From Alphaproteobacteria bacterium (GTDB lineage Bacteria; Pseudomonadota; Alphaproteobacteria; Bin95), in NCBI GenBank assembly GCA_964291285.2, contig OZ219789.1, forward strand, positions 64,001-128,000: a stretch of DNA of 64,000 nt. Direction: 5' to 3'. The translations under genes were made by a program, and so were the position numbers. Under the pieces are notes generated by a model, which was given only the letters and a program-made list of their open reading frames with translations, was not told where the DNA came from and did no database searches. Positions 56,325 through 64,000 of this stretch are shown piece after piece (position 1 is the first letter of the stretch; every line of letters starts with the position of its first letter).

Positions 56325-59219
56325 TCAGGCCGCGTAGATCTTGCAGAGAGTGGTCTTGGTCTCCTGCATCTGCGTGACCGAGTCATAGCCGTAGGTCTGC
56401 GCCGTGTTGGAGCTCTCGCCCAGCACGAAGGGGTCGGCGCCTTCGGGATATTTGTGCCTCAGGTCCGCGCCTTCGAAATGCCCGCCGAAGTGGAAGGGCA
56501 TGAAGGCGACCCCGATTCCGACACGCTCGGTGACCATCGCCATGACCTTGACCTTGGCGCCCTCGGCGCCCTCGACCCAGACCTGCGCGCCGTTGCGCAC
56601 GCCGAGATCGTTGGCGTCCTTCGGATGGATCTCCACGAACATGTCCTGCTGGAGTTCGGCGAGCCACTTGTTCGACCGCGATTCCTCGCCGCCGCCCTCA
56701 TATTCCACGAGGCGGCCCGAAGTCAGGATCATCGGGTAGTCCTTCGAGAAATCCTGCTTCTGGATCGAGGCATACATGGTCGGCAGGCGGTAGAACTTCC
56801 GGTCCTCATAGGTCGGATAGTCCGCCACCAGGTCCCGACGCGGGGTGTAGAGCGGCTCGCGGTGCAGCGGGATCGGGTCCGGGAAGTTCCACACCACGGT
56901 CCGCGCCTTGGCGTTGCCGAACGGCGCGCAGCCATGCTTGATCGCGACCCGCTGGATGCCGCCCGAAAGGTCGGTCTTCCAGTTGGTCTTCGGCCCGGCC
57001 ACGGCGTCGATGGCCGCCCTTTCGGCGTCCGTCAGATCCCCGTCCCATCCCAGGTCCATCAGCATCTGCATGGTGAACTCGGGATAGCCGTCCTGGATCT
57101 CCGAACCGACCGAATAGACGCCCTCGGCCAGCAGGTTCTCGCCGTTGCGCTCTACGCCGAACCGGGCGCGGAAGGTCAGGCCGCCCTCTGCCACCGGCTT
57201 CGACATGTCGTAGAGGTTGGGCGTGCCGGGGTGGCCCATTTCCGGCGGGCCCCAGGAAGGCCAGGGCATGCCGTAATAGTCACCGTCCGCAGGACCGCCG
57301 ATCGCCTGCAGCGTCGTGCGGTCGAAGGTGTGCTGGTTGGCCATGTGCAGCTTGATCCGCTCCGGCGACTGGCCGGTGTAGCCGATCGTCCACATGCCGC
57401 GGTTGATCTCGCCCGTGATGTCCTCGACGAGCGGCGCATCGCCTTCCTCAACCTTGATGTTGCGGAAGAAGCGGTCCGCCCAGCCGAACTTCTTGGCGAA
57501 CTTCGCCATGATGACCTGGTCCGGCAGGCTCTCGAACACGGGATCCACCACCTGCTCGCGCCACTGGATCGAGCGGTTCGACGCGGTGACGGAGCCGTAG
57601 GTCTCGAACTGCGTCGAGGCCGGCAGCAGATAGACGCCGTCGGTGCGGTCGTGAAGCACGGCGGAGACGGTGGGATACGGGTCGATCACGACCAGCATGT
57701 CCAGCTTCTCCATCGCGGTCTTCATTTCCTTGCCGCGCGTCTGCGAGTTCGGCGCGTGGCCCCAAAGCACCATGGCCCGGACATTGTCCGGCTGGTCCAT
57801 GTTCGCCTTGTCCTCGAGCACGCCGTCGATCCAGCGGGACACCGGGATGCCCTTGAGGTTCATCAGCGGCTTCGACTTGCCGTCCGCGCCCTCGAGCATC
57901 GCGAACTGGCCCTTCAGCCAGTCGAGATCCTCTTCCCAGACACGCGCCCAGTGGGCCCAGGCGCCGCCCGAGAGGCCGTAATAGCCGGGCAGCGTATGCG
58001 ACAGGATGCCGAGGTCGGTGGCGCCCTGCACATTGTCATGGCCGCGGAAGATGTTCGTGCCGCCGCCGCTGGTGCCCATGTTGCCGAGCGCAAGCTGCAA
58101 CACGCAGTAGGCGCGCGTGTTGTTGTTGCCCTGGGTGTGCTGGGTGCCGCCCATGCACCAGATCACGGTGCCGGGACGGTTGTTCGCCATCGTGCGGGCG
58201 ACGCGGCGAAGCTGCGAGCCGGGCGTGCCGGTCACGCGCTCCACTTCCTCGGGCGTCCACTTCGCGACCTCTTCGCGAATCTGGTCCATGCCCCAGACGC
58301 GGGTGCGGATGAACTCCTTGTCTTCCCACCCGTTCTCGAAGATGTGCCAGAGGATGCCCCAGATGAGCGCCACGTCGGTGCCGGGCCGGAAGCGGACATA
58401 CTCGTCGGCGTGGGCGGCGGTGCGCGTGAAGCGCGGGTCGCACACGATCAACGGCGCGTTGTTCTGCTCCTTGGCCTTCAGCACATGCAGCAGCGATACC
58501 GGATGCGCTTCCGCCGGGTTGCCGCCGATGAGGAAGATCGCGCGGCTCTTGTGGATGTCGTTGTAGGAGTTGGTCATGGCGCCGTAGCCCCATGTGTTCG
58601 CAACGCCTGCAACCGTGGTCGAGTGGCAGATGCGGGCCTGGTGGTCCACATTGTTCGTGCCCCAGTAGGCCGCGAACTTGCGGAACAGGTAGGCCTGCTC
58701 ATTGCTGAACTTCGCCGATCCCAGCCAGTAAACGCTGTCCGGGCCGCTCTGCTCGCGAATGGACATCATGCCGTCGCCGATCTCGTTGATCGCCTGGTCC
58801 CAACTGATGCGCTTCCACTCGCCGCCCTCTTTCTTCATGGGGTATTTGAGGCGGCGTTCGCCATTCGCGTGCTCGCGCACGGCCGCGCCCTTGGCGCAGT
58901 GCGCGCCGAGGTTGAACGGGCTGTCCCAGCCGGGCTCCTGTCCGACCCACACGCCGTTATCGACTTCGGCGATCACGGTGCAACCGACCGAGCAGTGCGT
59001 GCAGACCGACTTGGCGGTCGCAATCGCGCCCTGCGCGGCCTGTTGGGCTTCGGCCTTCGTCACCATGCCGCCGGCGGCGCCGATAGCGGCCAGGCCTCCG
59101 ATCGCGAGGCCCGAGCCCCGCAGGAAGGTCCGCCGGTCGACCGATGCCTCCGAAATGTTGGGCAGGATCGAAGTCCGCTGGGGGCGTCTCGCAACCCCGT
59201 TGGTCTTTTTCCTGAGCAT
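56325..59219 (-). CDS. Formate dehydrogenase alpha subunit (Tat, Mo/W-bis-PGD, Cys ligand)
   Basis: DRRTFL Tat motif, CTHCSVGC, ARICHSTT, RGHDNVQGA. Confidence 0.95.
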   Translation of the reverse strand: MLRKKTNGVARRPQRTSILPNISEASVDRRTFLRGSGLAIGGLAAIGAAGGMVTKAEAQQAAQGAIATAKSVCTHCSVGCTVIAEVDNGVWVGQEPGWDSPFNLGAHCAKGAAVREHANGERRLKYPMKKEGGEWKRISWDQAINEIGDGMMSIREQSGPDSVYWLGSAKFSNEQAYLFRKFAAYWGTNNVDHQARICHSTTVAGVANTWGYGAMTNSYNDIHKSRAIFLIGGNPAEAHPVSLLHVLKAKEQNNAPLIVCDPRFTRTAAHADEYVRFRPGTDVALIWGILWHIFENGWEDKEFIRTRVWGMDQIREEVAKWTPEEVERVTGTPGSQLRRVARTMANNRPGTVIWCMGGTQHTQGNNNTRAYCVLQLALGNMGTSGGGTNIFRGHDNVQGATDLGILSHTLPGYYGLSGGAWAHWARVWEEDLDWLKGQFAMLEGADGKSKPLMNLKGIPVSRWIDGVLEDKANMDQPDNVRAMVLWGHAPNSQTRGKEMKTAMEKLDMLVVIDPYPTVSAVLHDRTDGVYLLPASTQFETYGSVTASNRSIQWREQVVDPVFESLPDQVIMAKFAKKFGWADRFFRNIKVEEGDAPLVEDITGEINRGMWTIGYTGQSPERIKLHMANQHTFDRTTLQAIGGPADGDYYGMPWPSWGPPEMGHPGTPNLYDMSKPVAEGGLTFRARFGVERNGENLLAEGVYSVGSEIQDGYPEFTMQMLMDLGWDGDLTDAERAAIDAVAGPKTNWKTDLSGGIQRVAIKHGCAPFGNAKARTVVWNFPDPIPLHREPLYTPRRDLVADYPTYEDRKFYRLPTMYASIQKQDFSKDYPMILTSGRLVEYEGGGEESRSNKWLAELQQDMFVEIHPKDANDLGVRNGAQVWVEGAEGAKVKVMAMVTERVGIGVAFMPFHFGGHFEGADLRHKYPEGADPFVLGESSNTAQTYGYDSVTQMQETKTTLCKIYAA

Positions 59220-59329
59220 CTTGTTCCTCCGTCAGGCGCCCCGGCCGCGGGCCGGTTCGCCGGGTTCGTCATGCCGGTGGCCGCCGGGCGTCTCGCAACC
59301 GTTGGCCATGCATCGGCGGGAGGCGTCCG

Positions 59330-59527
59330 TCAGAAACGGGCGCTTTCGTAATAGGCGCGCGTATGCGGGGTGTCCTGCATCCGCTCCCCATTGCCGTCCG
59401 GGACCGCTGCCTCGGCCGCCTTGCCCGCCACTGCCGCGACAGCGGCTGCGGGTACGGAAACCGATGCGAGCTTCAGAAAGTCCCGGCGATTGGTCTTCTC
59501 GCCGTCCGTCCTGCTGCTCATGCGCAT
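59330..59527 (-). CDS. Small Tat-signal protein of fdh clusters
   Basis: NRRDFLK, C-terminal TPHTRAYYESARF. Confidence 0.85.
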   Translation of the reverse strand: MRMSSRTDGEKTNRRDFLKLASVSVPAAAVAAVAGKAAEAAVPDGNGERMQDTPHTRAYYESARF

Positions 59528-59575
59528 GCTCCTCCTCTGCGTCTGGCCCGCCGGGGCGGACCGGTTCGATGCGGG

Positions 59576-60199
59576 CTAGCCCGCCGTCATTCGGAAAGCC
59601 TCTTTCTCGATCTCCATGAACGCCCGTCCCGCAGAACCGACAGGCGCGTAGAAGACCGAATTCCGCGCGCTTTCCAAATCCGTGAAGAAATGCCCCGCCC
59701 AGGGGGCGATGTGCCTGTTGAAGAACCGCCTGGTCTCCTCCAGCGAGGCCGGCTCCCCGAAGCGCCCCAGGATCATACCCGCCATCATTTCCATCAGGCT
59801 GGCGATATGGTCCTCGGGCTCGTAAACGGCGAACGCGCGCTGCATGCCGAGTCCGGCCATGTCGTTGCGCAGCGCCGCCAGCGGCTTCTCGTTGAGGAAA
59901 CCCGTGAGGTAGTAGCTGGCATAGGGCAGCAGTTCGCCCCGCCCCACGCCGATGAACAGGGTGGTGTATTCGCTTTCCGCCGCTTTTTCGGTCGTCGCGC
60001 CCGCGACCCGCGAGAGCGCGTGGATGGCGCGGCCGAGCTCGCTGTCGCCGCCGGTGAGCGCCGCCGACCTGTCCAGCAGCGCGCGGTCCGGCGGCCGGGC
60101 CAGCAGCGCGGCCAGAAAATCGTAGAGGTCGGCCCGGAGCCGCTCCTCTTCGGCGATTTCCGCGCCCTGCACCGCTTCCGCCGTCATCGCCTCTCCCAT
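59576..60199 (-). CDS. TorD/DmsD-family molybdoenzyme chaperone
   Basis: LFIGVGRGELLPYASYY and EPEDHI. Confidence 0.92.
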   Translation of the reverse strand: MGEAMTAEAVQGAEIAEEERLRADLYDFLAALLARPPDRALLDRSAALTGGDSELGRAIHALSRVAGATTEKAAESEYTTLFIGVGRGELLPYASYYLTGFLNEKPLAALRNDMAGLGMQRAFAVYEPEDHIASLMEMMAGMILGRFGEPASLEETRRFFNRHIAPWAGHFFTDLESARNSVFYAPVGSAGRAFMEIEKEAFRMTAG

Positions 60200-60203
60200 C
60201 GCT

Positions 60204-60836
60204 TCAGGCCGCCTGCCCCGGTTCGGCGTCGGCGAAGGCGAAGCGCATCCGCGGCTTCGCCCGCGCAACCGGCATCTCTTCCGTCGCCGGTGTTTCGGGC
60301 AGCGCAGAAGGCGCCCCGGCTCCGGCTTCGACCGCCGGCTCTCCGGTTTCCCCGGCTTGCGCTTCCACTTCTGCTCCGGCGGCGGCGTCCTCGTCTTCTG
60401 CCGTCTCCCCGACGGCCTTTTCCGCCTTTTCCGCCGCCTCGGCCATCGCCTCCAGATGCTTCAGCATCCCCTTGCCGACCTGGTAGGCGCTCTGGAGGTT
60501 CTCGATGACCAGCGCGGCGTCGGTGTAGTCCTCGCCGTAGTCCACGAGGTTGTCGAGATTGGCGAGCACCGGGTTGGACCGCCAGAGCTGGCGCAGCGCC
60601 CGCTTCCGCAGCCTTTGCGGCACCGCATCCGACATGAAGGCGGAGAAGTCGTCGCCCTGCTTCATGCTGTCGGGGTCCGGCAGATCCAGCTCGGCCAGCA
60701 CTTCCTCGTCCGGCCGCTCTTCCAGCGCCTTGCGTTCCTCGGCGGCCGCGGCCTCGCGCTCGGCCTCTTCCACGGCGCGCTCCTCCGCCGCGACGGCCGC
60801 CTTGCGGCGGGCCCAGAAATCCGCCTGCGCGCTCAA
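60204..60836 (-). CDS. DUF3306 family protein
   Basis: FWARRK, LPDPD, DFSAFM, ALRQLWRSNP, DYGEDY. TTGA overlap. Confidence 0.88.
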   Translation of the reverse strand: MSAQADFWARRKAAVAAEERAVEEAEREAAAAEERKALEERPDEEVLAELDLPDPDSMKQGDDFSAFMSDAVPQRLRKRALRQLWRSNPVLANLDNLVDYGEDYTDAALVIENLQSAYQVGKGMLKHLEAMAEAAEKAEKAVGETAEDEDAAAGAEVEAQAGETGEPAVEAGAGAPSALPETPATEEMPVARAKPRMRFAFADAEPGQAA

Positions 60837-61393
60837 TGGACCGCCTCCGTGCGCCTCGGCGCGCGATAGACATCCGACATCTGGCGAATGCGCGGATCGC
60901 CCTTGCCGTCCTCGGCGAGATCGACCCGCCGCCTGTCGCGCTGGCGCTTGACGAAGGGCTCCTCCTCGTGATGGCGCTCGATGAAGTCGCGCACCACGGC
61001 GACCAGGCCTTCCGGCATCGGCGCCTGATCGACGATCTCCTCGCCGCTGTCCATATAGTCCTGAGCCTCGTAGGGAGACGCCGTGGCCAGCACGACTTCG
61101 AGCTCGTGCGGCGCATCCGCTTCGGTCGTCCGGCGCATGACCACATAGACCGCCGGCACGCGCGCCGCGAGGCCGGTCATATAGGCCTCGACATCGGCGG
61201 CCCAGAACTCCAGCGGCACCGTGGCGGCGTGGTATTCGACGGTGTCGTCCTCGCGCCTGAGCTCGCGCCAGTCCGCCGGCGCGGCGCCGGGCACAACATC
61301 CGCAACTGTCCAGGACCACCGCGCCCAACGGCTCGCCGCCGGGCTGCGGCGGAGAATGATTCCGAGCGGCAATGACAACGCGCTCGCCGGCAT
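60833..61393 (-). CDS. DUF3305 family protein
   Basis: RWARWSW, TASPYEAQDY, FVKRQRD. Confidence 0.88.
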   Translation of the reverse strand: MPASALSLPLGIILRRSPAASRWARWSWTVADVVPGAAPADWRELRREDDTVEYHAATVPLEFWAADVEAYMTGLAARVPAVYVVMRRTTEADAPHELEVVLATASPYEAQDYMDSGEEIVDQAPMPEGLVAVVRDFIERHHEEEPFVKRQRDRRRVDLAEDGKGDPRIRQMSDVYRAPRRTEAVH

Positions 61394-61705
61394 AATGCCG
61401 ATCTCCTCCGGGCAGACACCCCGCCATTTCCGCGCAAGACGGTACGCTGCCCTGCGACAATAATGCACCCCTTTACACCCGCTGCCAACAGAAAAAACCG
61501 CTTTTTCCGGCGCCGCTGCCGCCCGTGTTTCCGGCGGTCTGGACAGGCGGTCGGAAGGGACCATACTTACCCGGTGCGCGGCGGGGGCGACGCCCCCGGA
61601 AACCGCCGCCCGGCCCTGGAGAAAATTCGCTCTTCCCGGCCCGGCGCGGCGGCAAGACGACAAGCCTGCAAGCGGCCCGCAGCGGCTTGTCCGGAGGACA
61701 GGGAC

Positions 61706-63667
61706 ATGGCCGGTATCCTGCTCGTGTGCGACTGCGCCCACAGCCAGACCGTCGATTCGGACAGCATCGAGGCAGGCGCAGGCATCGCCTGCTCACGCCT
61801 CCACAGCGCGCTCTGCACGACGGAAGCCGGCGCCGCCGCGAAAGCCATACAGGACGGCAATGCCGTCATCGCCTGCCAGCAGGAATGGGCGCGATTCGAG
61901 GAGATAGCGGAGGAATTGGAAGCACCTGTCCCGATGCTGGTCGATATCCGCGACCGCGCCGGGTGGTCGGACGAGGGGGCCCAGGCCGGCCCCAAACAGG
62001 CGGCGCTGGTGGCCCAGGCGCTGCTCGCCGCGCCGCAGACCCGGACCGTGGATGTGGTCTCCGAGGGACGCTGCCTCGTGATCGGCGGGGAGGCCGCGGC
62101 GCTGGCGGCCGCGGAGCGCCTGGCCGAGCCGCTGTCCGTCACCGTGCTGCTTGCCGAGCCGCCGGAGGACCTGCCGGTGGACCGCCGCTTCGAAGTCGTG
62201 GTCGGCAGGCTGAGAACGGCCGCGGGCGCGCTCGGCGGCTTCCGGCTGCGGATCGACGGCCTCCGGCAGATGGAGCCCGGCGGGCGCGGCGCCTTCGCCT
62301 TTTCCGAGCCCCGCGACGGCGCGGAGAGCGAGTGCGACTCGATCCTCGACATTTCGGGCGCGACGCCGCTGTTCCCCGCCCATGAGAAGCGCGAGGGCTA
62401 TTTCCGCGCCGACCCCGGCAACCCCAACGCCGTCGCCGCCGCCGTGTTCGAGGCCGGGCAGACGGTCGGCACCTTCGAGAAACCCCTCTATGTGCGGCTG
62501 GAGGAAAGCCTCTGCGCCCACTCGCGCGCCAGCCAGCGCGGCTGCAACAAGTGCCTCGACATCTGCCCGACCGGCGCCATCGCATCCGCCGGCGACCATG
62601 TGGCGGTCGATCCGATGGTCTGCGCCGGCTGCGGGTCCTGCTCGGCCGTCTGCCCGTCCGGCGCCATATCCTTCGATGCGCCGCCGGTGGCCTCCCTCTT
62701 CCGCCGCATGGAGGCGCTTTCAGGGGCCTATCGCAAGGCCGGGGGCAAGGCGCCGCGCCTGCTGGTCACGGATCGCAGCTTCGGCGCCGAGATGGTCGCC
62801 CTCTCGGCGCGCTTCGGGCGGGGCCTCCCGGCCGATGTCATTCCCTTCGAGGTCGAGGCGATTGCGGGCTTCGGCCATGCCGAAATGCTGGCGGCGCTCG
62901 CGGGCGGCTTCGCGTCGGTTGATCTGCTGCTGCCGCCGCGCGCCGAGGACGAGGCGCCGCGCCGCGAACTCGCGCTCGCCGAGGCGATGGGCGGCGAGGG
63001 CCGGCTTCGCCTGCTGGAAGTCGGCGACCCCGATGCGCTGTCGGACGCGCTCTACGGACGCGAGGCCGCGGAGCCCGCTGCCGAGCCCGTGCTGGCGCTC
63101 GGCTCCCGCCGACAGGTCGCGCGGCTGGCGGCGCAGGCGCTGAACCCGGCCGGCGCCATGCTGCCACTGCCCGAGGACGCGCCTTACGGCTCGGTCAAGG
63201 TCGATACCGACGCCTGCACGCTCTGCCTCGCCTGCGCCTCGCTCTGCCCCTCCGGCGCGCTCGGCGACAATCCCGACCTGCCGCAACTCCGCTTCCAGGA
63301 GGACGCCTGCCTGCAATGCGGGCTCTGCGTGCAGGTCTGCCCGGAGGATGCCGTATCGCTGGAACCGCGGCTCGACCTTTCCGACGCCGCGCTGGAGCAA
63401 CGGGTTCTCAACGAGGAAGAGCCCTATGCGTGCATCGAGTGCGGCAAGCTCTTCGGGGTGAAGTCCACGGTGGAGCGGATCGCGGCGCAGCTGGCGGGCA
63501 AGCACTCCATGTTCGCGGGCGCGGACGCCTCCCGGCTGATCCGCATGTGCGACGACTGCCGCGTCAACGCGCAATACCATTCCACGGACAACCCCTTCGC
63601 CATGGGCGAGCGGCCCCGCGTGCGCACGACCGAGGACTATCTCCGAGACCGCAGCAAGGATCATTGA
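61706..63667 (+). CDS. Poly-ferredoxin 4Fe-4S protein of fdh clusters
   Basis: Several CxxCxxCxxxCP motifs, VDIRDRAGWS, GTFEKP. Confidence 0.9.
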   Translation: MAGILLVCDCAHSQTVDSDSIEAGAGIACSRLHSALCTTEAGAAAKAIQDGNAVIACQQEWARFEEIAEELEAPVPMLVDIRDRAGWSDEGAQAGPKQAALVAQALLAAPQTRTVDVVSEGRCLVIGGEAAALAAAERLAEPLSVTVLLAEPPEDLPVDRRFEVVVGRLRTAAGALGGFRLRIDGLRQMEPGGRGAFAFSEPRDGAESECDSILDISGATPLFPAHEKREGYFRADPGNPNAVAAAVFEAGQTVGTFEKPLYVRLEESLCAHSRASQRGCNKCLDICPTGAIASAGDHVAVDPMVCAGCGSCSAVCPSGAISFDAPPVASLFRRMEALSGAYRKAGGKAPRLLVTDRSFGAEMVALSARFGRGLPADVIPFEVEAIAGFGHAEMLAALAGGFASVDLLLPPRAEDEAPRRELALAEAMGGEGRLRLLEVGDPDALSDALYGREAAEPAAEPVLALGSRRQVARLAAQALNPAGAMLPLPEDAPYGSVKVDTDACTLCLACASLCPSGALGDNPDLPQLRFQEDACLQCGLCVQVCPEDAVSLEPRLDLSDAALEQRVLNEEEPYACIECGKLFGVKSTVERIAAQLAGKHSMFAGADASRLIRMCDDCRVNAQYHSTDNPFAMGERPRVRTTEDYLRDRSKDH

Positions 63668-63686
63668 ACGCCGGAGGGAGGACGCA

Positions 63687-64000
63687 ATGAGCATCGCCGC
63701 GCAGACCCCGTTCACGGCCCCAGTGGTGGAGCGCCTGTCGGTCCGGGTGGTCGTCGATTCGCATTATGAGCGCTTCCTGCCGCGCGCCGAGCACGGTCAT
63801 GTGACGATCGAGCATGTGGGCCAGATCCCCGGCCGGCCGATGACGACGCTCGCCGGCGAGTGGGGGCTCGCGCTCCACCTGGAGTCGCGCGCCGGGGGCG
63901 CGAACGCGCAATACATGCTGGATTTCGGCTTCACGCCGGAGATCATCAACCGCAACACCTCACTGCTGGACATCGACCCGGCGAAGCTGGACGGGCTGAT
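63687..64000 (+). CDS. MBL-fold metallo-hydrolase, N-terminal part (truncated)
   Basis: GGAGGA SD. Hand translation MSIAAQTP...LAGEWGLALHLES...MLDFG...NRNTSLLDIDPAKLDGL. Confidence 0.7.
   Translation, partial: MSIAAQTPFTAPVVERLSVRVVVDSHYERFLPRAEHGHVTIEHVGQIPGRPMTTLAGEWGLALHLESRAGGANAQYMLDFGFTPEIINRNTSLLDIDPAKLDGL

Noticed and set aside
56325-59219. Selenocysteine FDH
   Set aside because: The ORF is uninterrupted and the ligand position is Cys (ARICHSTT).
53071-59351. Two plus-strand ORFs of over 1000 aa
   Set aside because: Antisense shadows of the fdh genes, expected at this GC content.

Overview
High-GC alphaproteobacterial DNA (an FzlA-uppP pair and a GTTC-N7-GTTC LexA box point to Alphaproteobacteria) in two parts. 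(1) Positions 1 to ~25,680 are one long, almost entirely minus-strand, translationally coupled operon of a conjugation-type element. It has a type IVb (R64 pil-like) pilus set (PilN, PilO, PilP, PilQ, PilR, two PilS, two PilV-like, PilU) followed by the start of a Dot/Icm (IncI Tra-like, type IVB) secretion cluster (DotD, DotC, DotB, IcmT, DsbG-like, DotI) that runs off the left edge. The top candidate for a new system is a four-gene cassette between pilO and pilP: a secreted Cys/Pro-rich protein ending in an FrpC-type self-processing-module homolog with Lys-Pro in place of the scissile Asp-Pro, plus a GNAT acyltransferase, a fatty-acid desaturase and a lipoprotein. Also unusual are leaderless tandem pilins with a charge-swapped D-region, an SNase/TbpB-like barrel lipoprotein flanked by duplicated signal-peptide DNA, and a small coiled-coil gene inserted antisense and in frame into pilP. 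(2) Positions ~25,685 to 64,000 are chromosomal-type metabolism genes, including an oxalate/glyoxylate-like block, a BVMO-esterase pair, RmuC and a full formate dehydrogenase cluster. This part also holds a 695-bp tandem duplication of a diversified lipoprotein and a LexA-box-preceded solo IS630-type HTH gene. All assignments come from motif reading and recall; no searches were run. Many starts were moved from the ORF track using SD sites and stop/start overlaps.
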